This document shows positions 37,601-49,600 of a stretch of 64,000 nt of DNA, in pieces. Location of the stretch: contig NC_052146.1 in the NCBI RefSeq assembly GCF_902713615.1, forward strand, positions 310,388,335 through 310,452,334, read 5' to 3'. A model generated the notes under the pieces. The model was given only the letters and a program-made list of their open reading frames with translations, was not told the DNA's origin and did no database searches. A program made the position numbers and the translations under genes. Source of the DNA: Scyliorhinus canicula (lineage: Eukaryota). Every line of letters starts with the position of its first letter. Position 1 is the first letter of the stretch.

Positions 37601-40600
37601 GCTGCACTGTCAGTGGGTCAGTACTGAAGGAGTGCCTCACTGTCAGAGGGTCAGTACTGAGGGAGTGCCGCACTGTCAGAGGGTCAGTACTGAGGGAGTG
37701 CTGCACTGTCAGAGGGTCAGTACTGAGGGAGTGCTGCACTTTCAGAGGGTCAGTACTGAGGGAGTGCTGCACTGTCAGAGGGTCAGTGCTGAGGGAGGGC
37801 TGCACTGTCAGAGGGTCAGTACTGAGGGAGTGCTGCACTGTCAGAGGGTCAGTACTGAGGGAGTGCTGCACTGTCAGGGGGTCAGTACTGAGGGAGTGCT
37901 GCACTGTCAGAGGGTCAGTACTGAGGGAGTGCCACACTGTCAGAGGGTCAGTACTGAGGGAGTGCCGCACTGTCAGTGGGTCAGTACTGAGGGAATGCTG
38001 CACTGTCAGAGGGTCAGTGCTGAGGGAATGCTGCACTGTCAGAGGGTCAGTACTGAGGGAGTGCTGCACTGTCAGAGGGTCAGTACTGAGGGAGTGCTGC
38101 ACTGTCAGAGGGTCAGTACTGAGGGAGTGCTGCACTGTCAGAGGGTCAGTACTGAGGGAGTGCTGCACTGTCCGAGGGTCAGTACTGAGGGAGTGCCGCA
38201 CTGTCAGAGTGAGCATTACTCTGCGGCTCACTGTCCAATATTGTGTTTAGAAACAATGCTAAACAATAAATATGATTTGGAATGATGTGTTTGTGACAGA
38301 TTTAAATGGTTTCTTACCACAGACACTTGTGTATACTGTGTTCAGTTCACCTTCAGGGGCTCCAGGCAAACTGTACAGAAAAAAGTCAATGATTTACTAC
38401 AGCAGAAATATCAGTGAACATCTCAATAAAACAATTAACACCGGGTCTGCATTGAGGTAAGAACATCAACTCCTGTTCCTTGTTTGTGTGTTTGTAACTG
38501 CAAAGAATATCTCTTACTCCTCACAATAAAACTCCACACGTTATAATTGGTTGGTTGGTTTGATATCAGCTCTTTGAGGTGACTTTGACAGGTTTGGATC
38601 AGACAAGGAACAGTTTTCCCCATTTGCGGATGGCACCAGGACTGGGGGAGACAGATTTAAGATATTGGGGAAGAGATCAGGGATGGCGGGGGGAGGGAGG
38701 GAGGGGGGTAATGAGCTGGAACTTGCTGCCCGCGAGGACAGTGGAAGCAGAGACGATGATTGATTTCAAAAGGAAATTGAATGAGCATTTGAGGAAATTA
38801 AATTTCCGACCTCAGTGAATAAATAAGTAGAATTCGACCAACTGAATTCCTCTGCAGAGTGCTAGCATAGACTCAAAGGGCAGAATGGCCTCCATCTGTG
38901 TCATAATGATGCAGTGACTGAGGGATTCAACCAATTGTGTCCAAGTTTCCTTAAAGATGAAGCAGAGTTCGATATTCACAGCTAACAGAGCAGCAATCTA
39001 TGGCAGCTGAGTTAGTGCAGGAGTCAGTGATGTTGAGAGTTTATTTTCGGGATGGGGGTCAGGATGGTAAATTAATTGCTGCATCTTGTGTCGTCTCTGT
39101 TCCTGACAGTGACATTGAGCTGATGGAACAGGACTCCAAGGCTGGTGTGTGTCTCTCGGGAGCCGCCATCCTCGGTTGGCTTCACCTTCCTGAGTGTGGG
39201 CTTGGTGAACTGGCTGGAAATGTAGCAATGTGGACATTCAGCTGGGTGGTTTGCTGGTCACTGACCCCCTGCACCGAGCATTTGGGAACCTCCTGGTTGG
39301 CCAGGAGAAAGTGTGGAGGGTCCAAGATGGACCCATAGCTGCCAAAATTAATGCCTGAACTTTGACAAACTCTGTGATGGGGAAAATGTGTCAGAATTAA
39401 TAAATCACAATAACGTCACAACATGTCTGAGAGCGACATGTTAGAAACACAGGAATTACAGCGCGGCCGTCACCATTTAACCATTCCTACCTGGTGAGGA
39501 TAAGCCTTTCCTGAGAACTAACTTTCACTCCCACATTGTCCTATTTTCCTTCCTCGTGCATTTTCTATCTTCCCTGAATTATCAATTTCCTTTTGCAATG
39601 TCTTCATCAACACTTGTGTGGAGGTGTTCTGCTGCGATAGCTGTTTCCCCAATCTCAGGCTGGGGTTTACGTTGTGATCAGGGCCGCGTGTCTTTGGTGT
39701 CCCTGCCAGTGGAAACTGTCTATCTGCGTCCATCTGATTTCTCAGTGCGTCCCATCCACCAACTCTTTCAAAAGGGCTGTGGGGGGAGAACCCCACACCA
39801 CCTTCCTCCCCCCTCCCTCCGTAAACTCCAGCCCACTCTTTATGCTTCTCTCTGTATCTGTGCAGGGAGGGAGAATCATTTCAATCAAAGCTTCCTCCCC
39901 CTGACCCATTGGCTGATTCCATCCCTCCACATCACCTCAATGTGACATGATCATCACAACAGACAGCAAATTCTATTCCATTTACCTTTCTGGCTTTAAC
40001 CTGCTTTGAAAACATGCCCATTTTTTCACGCACAGTATTGTGATGATAAATATGCCGAGCAAGAGGGCGAATGCCAGGGTGCCGGTTATAATACCCGTGA
40101 GAGGCGGCAGCTGGTTTTCAGGATGTTCTGGAAAATATCAAGAGTTTTTGTGAAGTTTAACATCAGTAAAATGAAGAAGAAGATTTGAGTTCCTGTCCTT
40201 CAGAAACGAGGGTAGCTGCATGATTGAGGGAGGCCGAGAGGTAACGGGGGGTGGGGGGGGTGGGGGGGACTGCCCGCGCGGGGATCAACCAATACCCATT
40301 TCAGGGCATTTTCCCACCACTGCTGGGAACAATGTCAGGAATTGTAGTGGGGTCGGCTGCGGGAGTCATTGGGCTTTTCCTGGATATTTGTAACCAGCCC
40401 ATCCCTGGCATTACCTTCACTCAATCCCCCCACTATCAACATTCTGGGGGTTACCATTGCCCACAGTCTGAACAGGGCCAGCATATCACTGAGCTTTGTG
40501 CTTGAGCTGCAGAGAACACCTCCTGAGTCAGACACAGCCTGAGTGAATGGGGTTATCGGGAATTCAGTGCAGATGGAAATTCGGTGCAGAGGGCCAAGAG

Positions 40601-43600
40601 GTCCTCTTTTGCTTTCCAACTTTTTCTCTCTTCAGAGAGTGGACTTGCCCCGCTGCAGCAGTAAAGGTTACAAGGGAGAGAGCTGATTGGTTAGTAGGGG
40701 GGAGAGCTGGGTAAGTATTAACTACTTTCATCACCTATCGCTTGTCCGGTACTATTTTGTGGTCTGTAGTTTGTAAGGGCTCCATTCCATAGTAACGAGG
40801 ACCAGGAAAGAAGGGCTCCAGAATAATTGATATTATCTGATATAAGCATCTTCCCAATGTTTAATTTAAAGGCACGAGAGCTCAAAGCTGTGCTTTGCTC
40901 CTCATGCTCCATGTGGGAAGCTGGGAACATTTCCAGTGCCCGGGGCCAGCACGTACATGGAAAGTGTCTCCAGCTGCAGCTCCTGGAAGCCCGGGTTTCT
41001 GAGCTGGAGCAGCGGCTGGCAACACTGTGGATCATCCGCGAGGTGGAGAGTGTCATGGATAGCACGTATAGAGAGGTGGTCACACTGCAGGCTCAGACTC
41101 CACAGGCAGGAAGGGAATGGGTGACCAGCAGACAGAGCAAGAGAGCGAGGTAGGAAGTGCAGGAATTTCCTGTGACCATTCCCCTGCAAAACAGACATCC
41201 CACTTTGGATACTGTTGGGGGGAATGGCCTCTCAGGGGAAAGCAGCAGCAGCCTAACCCATGGCTCCACGGTTAGTTCTGCTGTAGAGGGGAGGGGTAAC
41301 AAGTGTGTCAGTGCAATAGTTATCGGGGATTTAATTGTAAGGGGACTAGACAGCTGTTTCTGTGGCCGCAAACGAGACTCCAGGATGGTATGTTGCCTCC
41401 CTGATGCTTGGGTCAAAGATGTCTTGGAGCGGGTACAGGACATTCCGGAGGGGGGGAGGGTGAACAGCCGGTAGTCGTGGTCACATCGGTACCACAGACA
41501 TCGGTAAAAAAAGGGATAAGATCCTGAGAACAGAATACAGGGAGTTAGGAAGGAAGATGAGAACTCGGACCTCAAAGATAGTGATCTCAGGATTACTCCC
41601 AGTGCCACCTGGTGGTCAGAGTAGAAATAGCAGGATGGAGCGGATAAATACGGAGATGAAGGGATGGGGTGAGAGGGAGGGTTTCAGATTCCTGGGGCAT
41701 TGGGACCGGTTCTGGGGGAAGTGGGACCTGGAAAAACTGGACGGGTTACACCTGGGTATTTTAATGGACGAAGCATTGGGAATAAGGTAGACAAACTGAT
41801 GGAGCAAATCAAGGTAAATGGTTATGATCTCATAGTCATTCCGGAGACATGGTTACAAGGAGATCAACACTGGGAACTTTATTTCCAGGGATGTTTGACC
41901 TTTCGAAGATACTATAGTATTAGACAAACTAATGGGGCCAGAGACAGATAAATGCCCCTCACCCTAATGGGGCCAGAGACAGATAAATGCCCCTCACCCT
42001 AATGGGGCCAGAGACAGATAAATGCCCCTCACCCTAATGGGGCCAGAGACAGATAAATGCCCCTCACCCTAATGGGGCCAGAGACAGATAAATGCCCCTC
42101 ACCCTAATGGGGCCAGAGACAGATAAATGCCCCTCACCCTAATGGCTTCATGCTCGGATTCGGAAAGAAGTTGCCACAGAGATCGCGGATACATCGGCTG
42201 TAACTTTCCAAAAATGTTTCCATTCTGGAGAAATATCAGAGGATTGGGAATCTGCCAATGTGACACCTCGATTCAAAAAGGGCGGGAAGCACAAAGCGGG
42301 AACTATCGGCCAATTAGCCTGACGGTGATTGGTGGAGAAATGTTGGAATCAATGATTAAGGAAGTAATAGCAGCACATTTGTAAAATCCTAATCTAATGG
42401 AGCAGAATCAGCGCGGCTTCAGGAAAGGGAAATCGGGGCTGACTCATTTATTAGAGTTTTTGAGGAAGTCCCAATCAGAGTGGAGAGAATGGAATCAGTG
42501 GATGTTTTATATTCGAAATTCCAGAATGTGTTTGACAAGATACCTCACAAAAGGTTAAGTTATAAGATAAGAGCCCATGGTGTTGGAGGTGGGATATAGA
42601 CATGGAGAGAGAATTGGCTAATTGGGCAGGAAACAGGGAGTGGGGATAAGGGGATCTTTTTCAGGTTGGTGACCTGTAACCAGTGGGTCCCACAGGGATC
42701 AGTGCTGGGAACGACACTGTTTACAATATATAGCAGTGACTTAGAGGAAGGAAGTGAATGTACTGTCGCCCAATTTGCAGACGACACAAAAATAGGTGGA
42801 AAGGCAAGTTGTGGGAGAGACACAGTTTGCAAAGAGATATCGATCGGTTAATTCCGTGGGAAAAAGGTTGGCAAATGGAGTACAATGTGGGAAAATGTAG
42901 AGTTGTTCATTTTGGAAGGGAGAAAGAGTAAATGTAAGATACTGCAGAAAGCTGCAACACGAAGGGACATTGGAGGACTTGTGCACAAAACACAGAAAGC
43001 TAGCAGACAGGGGCAGCAGGTAATCAGGAAGGGTAATGGAATGTTGCCGGTGATTTCACTGGGGTTGGAGTATAAGAGTCAGGAAGCTTTGCTGCAACTG
43101 TCTAAGGTGCTGGTGAGACCACATCTGGAGAGTTGGGAACAGTTTTGGTCCCTTATTTAAGTGAAGACATTATTCCATTGGAGGCAGCTCAGGGAAGGTT
43201 GACACGGGTTGGAGGGATTGTCTTTGCAGCAAAGGTTAATCTGGATGTTGGGATGCTACTTGTAGGAAGTTAGAAGAATGAAAGGTGATCTCAGTGAATC
43301 TTATTCTTAAGGGGCTTGACAAGGACAATGCTGAGAGGCTGTCCGCAGCCAGCACGCCAGGTTCCTGATCGCTGGGACCACACGCGGCCAACTCCGTCGG
43401 GAACTCGGCCCATCGGAGGCGGAGCATCGCCAGTGGGCCGGCCAATGACACGGCGATGGCGTTGTGACTGCGCGCCCGTGCGTCCTGATGATTCAGAGGG
43501 GGAGGAGCATAGCGAGCCAGCGTCAAACCGGCGCCTGTCCCGATTCTGTCGGCGGGAACCATTCTCCGCCCAGTCGCCATTCTCGATTTCAGTGTTGGAA

Positions 43601-46600
43601 AATTCCGGAGAATTCCGCCCATGGAATAGATTCTGTGCAACAGGAGATGTATTTAAGCAGAGAGAAATGTTTCTTGGTAACTCGGGAAGTGAATGGATCC
43701 AACGGGAAAGTTAAAATGAAAGCAAATTACTGCAGATGCTGGAATCTGACACAAAAACAGGAAATACTGGACAATCTCAGCAGGTCTGGCAGCATCTGTG
43801 GAGAGAGAAGGGAGCTAACGTTTCCAGTCTGAGTAACTCTCTCCCAATGGGAAGCTTGTTGACCACAATAGCTGTTCCTGAAAAGTCTGATGATCTGATT
43901 GAACCACAATCATTAACGTGATACCAGGAATCAGAAATTGGCCGAGCTTTGAACACACACAAAAAGACAAATCCACACGGATATTGTATGGTACTGCTGG
44001 AATATATTTAGAGATTAATGAGCTTCATTTTGCAGAACCTTTCTCAAGCGGAATAAAGGTAAATTAAGTGCACGTTAAGAAAGGTGGTTTATGAACGGTG
44101 AGAGGTTAAATGTGTGGGTAGCAGGGCTGGCAGGGTAGAGGGTCCATTAACCTCTCTGTCAGGGTCAGTGGGAAGTGGGGGGGGCTGTTGTTCAGAGCCA
44201 GGGGCCAGTTGTACAACGGCCCCCACACTGTGTCAGTGAAACATTCTTCGTTGTCAGCGATCAGGGGACTCTGTCAATTGAGAACAAGACACTGCTGCAA
44301 CCGATCTTCCACCTTCGGAGCCCTCAGCCAAACCTCCATTGGAGGGTTTTGTTGTACTCAGACTGATAGGCGGTGGGAAGGGGTTAGATGTGGAGGTACA
44401 GTTGGTGGTAGGGTAGAATGTTCCCTAAAATATCACAGGTTTTACAGAAGGTTCTAGGACAGGTTTTAAACAAGTGCAGAGGGAGGAAGGGGAGTGGAGG
44501 GGAGGGGGGAGGGTGCTTGGTGGGGGGTGGGGGGGTGGGGGGGCGGTAGAGAACAATTGGGAAGGTTTGTGACAGACTGGGGGACAGGGGAGGTGAATGG
44601 ACAACAGACCCATTCCCAGCACTGACCGTCGGAGGAAATGGGAGCAGTGAAGTTGATCTGAAATCACTGAGCTCAGCATGTGTTTGGAAAGCTAGAACAT
44701 TCTGAAGCAAACGTTGAGATGCTTTTCCTCACGTTGTCATTGAAACAATGTGTGAGGCTGAGGTCAGAGGGCAGAGGGCAGAGTGCGAGAGGGAATTCAA
44801 AGGAGGAGTGATGGGGAATGGTGGGAATGAATGGAGGAAGTTGGTATATCTGTCACCCTGTCACAATTGTCTGTCCAATGAGGAGGGGGACAACATTTAC
44901 AAATATTGGTTTCATCATCAGTCTGAAGCCCTGAAAAGCTGGTGAAAAGGAGATGGTTCAATTTGTTTGAGATTCTTGAAGTCATCAATACACAATCCAA
45001 ACACACAAACCTATTTCCCGAATCCCAGCCTGTCCACCAACACACTATTTGAGATCAGTTAGAATCATGGAAACTGTACTTACTGGTTACATTCAGCTGT
45101 GATCCATTCCCACTGATATCTCCCCACACGGAGCAGTAATAGACGGCAGTGTCATTGGGCTGCACGTTGCTGATTGTCAGGATGAAGGTTTTATTGGCCG
45201 TGTCTCGGGAAGGATGGAAACGCTCAGTGAAACCCGGACTCCGTTGTGTGTTGTTCTTTATATCATGTGTTAAAACCCTCTCCATATCTTTCCCTGGCAG
45301 CTCCCGGTTCCAGTGAACATCGGTGTGTGTCACTGTGGCGTTCTGCATGGTGCACTGTAACCGTGCAGTCTGACCCTCTGTGACACGTTCCAGACTCGGA
45401 GATTGGATAAGGACTGGAGCATTCGCACCTTTAAGACAAAAATATCAACAAGTTAAACACCAGTCTGAAGTTTGTGAATATCTGCAAATGTTTCAGTGAA
45501 GAATGTATCCGCTGATGTTACCTTGGGGACAAAGTGAAGAAATTATCAAACGTTCTGATCTGAAAAAGCTAAAGATTTATTTGTTTAAGGTCACATGTTC
45601 AGCTATCTCTGCCACACCCCCCATCATTCCAACTTCCCTATTCCTACTCTCTGATCCCTATCACTGCAGAATTTTCCCATTCTCCCTCCCAATCCCTCTC
45701 TCCATATTTCCTAAATGCCCCCCTCCCCTGTTAATTTCTAATTCTTCCCTCCCCCGATATTTTGTCATTGTTTACTCGAGGGTCACACACTGGGGGCTTT
45801 CCTCAAATATTCAAAACCATTGTCATCAATCCTCTCTTCACAGAAACCATCCAGACATATCTGTCCCTCCGACTGCTGACTCTTCATCTAATCTCAATCC
45901 ATAAACCATCTCAAATCCACCTGTTCAAATCCATCCAGTGTTAGGATCCGGAGCAGACCCCAACATTTGTTAGGATCCCGGAGCAAACCCCAACATTTGT
46001 TAGGATCCCGGAGCAGATCCCAACATTTGTTAGAATCCCGGAGCAGATCCCAACATTTGTTAGCATCCCGGAGCAGATCCCATTTGTCAGGATCCTGGAC
46101 AAGAATCCCAAAAAAATGTTTTCAATTTATAAAGCTGTGAGGAAAATATACTTCACCCCAGGAGTGATGAGTCTGACCAATAGGCCCCTTTTATGTTAAA
46201 ACAAACTTTAATTCAAACACAGAATGAACCACATTAACACCAAAGAAATAAATTTACAATTAACACTTAAACAGTTCTGAAATAAAGGAAAAACATTAAC
46301 TTAGTAGCTATGTCTGTTATTGATTAAAATTAAGCAACCTATTACAGTTCAAATGCCTCTTATAAATAAACTTAAGAAGCCGATTATTTGCTCAGCTATA
46401 TGACGACTTTTGGAGAGAAATCTTTTCAAGAGAAGATTCTGTACACTTCTGTTCAAACCAGCAGCATTTGGCAAAACTGCTGAAAACTACAGACAGACCT
46501 GGCTTCTCCCATAAATTAAAGCATCTGTATCCCACTGAGTTCCATGACCTCCTCATCTCAGATGATGCACCACTCATCGATAAATTACCTACACTCCAGG

Positions 46601-49600
46601 GAATCCCCAGCAATCAAAACATGATTCTATTAGCCCTTCATCTGTAACCAAGTGAATGTTTGGATTCAATCATCTTTTACTACTCCTTAGTAGACACGCT
46701 GCCCGCAGGTATTTTGAACTAGGTTTTTTTTCTTTATAACATTATTGCCACAGATATGAATATAACAGTTTCTACATTCATCACAGCATATTAACTCCCA
46801 GCTCACAGCATCGAGCTCAGTGCCTGCTCATTCATCACTGGAGTCAAAGAATAAGAACAAAGCACAGCACAGGAACAGGCCCTTCGGCGCTCCAGAGTGC
46901 CCACACCCCCCGCACAGTAAAGTTTAATTCTAATCAGCTGGGGAAAGGCAGAGAGAGAGAGAGAGGACAGAAATTCACACTTTCAGTTCTGTCAAAATCC
47001 ACCTCGAATCCCCACCGGGAATCTGAACGGGAAAATCACAGACACCCCCTGAGGCTCTGAGAGATTTTAGGGGTGAAACATTGATATCACACCTTTCCAC
47101 TCACCCTGTCGCTTTCTGTCTGTGTGTGTGTTTAAATTGTACATTTTTACTTCACAGACTTCAGGCTTCTTCCCAGATCGTTCCTCCCTCTGGGTCACAG
47201 CCTCCGAGGCTGGCAATGTTCCATCATATTCCTCTAATATATGGTCAATATGGAATCAAAGCAATATAAGATAGACAGTACTTACTGGTTACATTCAGCC
47301 GGGTTCCATTCCCAAAGATTTCCCCCCAAATCCCACAGATATAGACAGCGGAGTCATCGAGCTTCACATCTCTGACTGTCAGAATGTAGCTGTTACCGGC
47401 AACATCTCTGGACGGCTGAAACCGATCAGACAGACCTCTCGCCCGGTAAACACGGCCATCTACATAATGACTCAATATCAATTCCTTGCTTTCTGGGTAG
47501 TACCAATGTGCATCGTATTTATCCACAGTGTAATCTACATGGTCGCTCTGTAAGTCACACAGAAACTTCACTGTTTCACCCTCAGGCACTTTCACAACTT
47601 GAGGGGATTGGATAAGAACCGTCCCTGTCACATGACCTGTGAACAGAAAATAACTGAAGATCAGAACAGATAAGAAAATACAAAATAGAAACTGAGAGCA
47701 GGTTATAAAGTCTCCTGTGTATTGATGTGTGGATATTGTGTATTATCCGCACTAACTTGTTCAAATTAACCCCAAGCAAAGTGCTGCAGATTTTGACAAT
47801 CAGGATTTCAGAAAATGCTGGGAATGAATGCGCAGGAAACCCAGCAGCCTCTGGGGACAGAGAGACAGGGCCAATCAGATCACCATGACTGTGCTGAATG
47901 GTGGAACAGGCTCGAGGGGCTCAGCAGCCTCTGGAGACAGAGAGACAGTGACAATCAGATCACCATGGCCGTGCTGAATGGTGGAACCGGCTCAGGAGAC
48001 CCAGCAGCCTCTGGAGACTGAGAGACAGTGACAATCAGATCACTGTGACCGTGTTGAATGGTGGAACAGGCTCGAGGGGCCCAGCAGCCTCTGGAGACTG
48101 AGAGACAGGGACAATCAGATCACTGTGACCGTGTTGAATGGTGGAACAGGCTCGAGGGGCCCAGCAGCCTCTGGAGACTGAGAGACAGTGACAATCAGAT
48201 CACTGTGACCGTGTTGAATGGTGGAACAGGCTCGAGGGGCCCAGCAGCCTCTGGAGACAGAGAGACAGTGACAATCAGATCACTGTGACCGTGCTGAATG
48301 CTGGAACAGGCTCGAGGGGCCCAGGGGCCTCTGGAGACAGAGAGACAGTGACAATCAGATCACCATGACTGTGTTGAATGGTGGAACAGGCTCAGGAAAC
48401 CCAGCAGCCTCTGGAGACTGAGAGACAGGGACAATCAGATCACCATGACCGTGCTGAATGGGGGAACAGGCTCGAGGGGCCCAGCAGCCTCTGGAGACAG
48501 AGAGACAGTGACAATCAGATCACCATGACCATGTTGAATGGGGGAACAGGCTCAGGAGACCCAGCAGCCTCTGGAGACAGAGAGACAGTGACAATCAGAC
48601 ACCATGACCGTGCTGAATGCTGGAACAGGCTCGAGGGGCCCAGGAGCCTCTGTAGACAGAGAGACAGTGACAATCAGATCACTGTGACCGTGTTGAATGG
48701 TGGAACAGGCTTGAGGGGCCCAGGGACTTCCTGCTGCTCTGAATTCATACACTGGCAAAACTTTTCAAACTGACAACCCTGCATCAGAACTTAGCGACTC
48801 TTTCACATTGCACTGTACTGACCAACAGTCCCTCAGGATGAAGTTAACCCCCCGAAACACACACTGCAATAAAGAGAATGCAGTTTCCAGGGCAAGGTCA
48901 GTACTTGTCAGGGAGGAAGTTAATGAAATCCCTGAACAGTAGTTTCAGATATAGTCAGGACAAATGCAGACAGGGTGTGTGTCTGATCTCAGTGCTGCCA
49001 TTAAGCCAGTATCCAGTGATGTTTCCATTTTAAACAGTATTCTGGCTTCACCTGGTAATGCATTCCAATTTCTCAACATCACCTTTATAGGATTCAGTCC
49101 TGGAGTCGCCCCTTACCATCTCGCCCCTGTGTGCTTTGGTCTGGATTATATCTGAAAATATTCTCTGGGATTTGTTTAACTTCCTTCCCGACAAACACTG
49201 TCTTCTCCCTGGAGATTGGATTCCCTCCATTTTCACATCCGGTACTTTTCATTTCCTCACACTGAATTCAATTCATCCCCCAGGTGGGAGCTGTGACAGT
49301 AATTCTCCTTAATGGATATTCGAAGTTGGGGAATGAGTCGGGGGCAGGTTGGGGGGGGGGGGGGGCACGTTCAGGTCAGAGAACTCTGAGGGAGATCGGC
49401 AATAAAAAACAGAAGCTCAAAGGTAGCAATCTCAGGATTGCTCCCAGTGCCACTTGCTGGTGAGATCTGGAGTAGTATAGGCCAGATGAATGCGATGCTG
49501 GAGAGATGGTTTAGGAGGGAGGGATTTGAATTGCTGAGACATTGGGATTGATTCTGGGAAGATGGGATCTGTACAAGCTGGATGTGTTGCACCCCAACAG

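Noticed and set aside
35358-38285. 957, 923 and 921 aa ORFs
   Set aside because: Three overlapping frames on both strands are open only because the 33-bp unit lacks stops; the array lies in a gene A intron.
44860-44935. Possible stalk exon between V2 and TM (LQTDDETNICKCC…)
   Set aside because: Weak donor and no counterpart in gene B; V2 and TM already join in phase.
45084-47636. Rearranging Ig or TCR locus
   Set aside because: V and J strands are contiguous, no RSS at the junction, no D, J or C segments in the window, and the exons splice to a TM/ITIM module.
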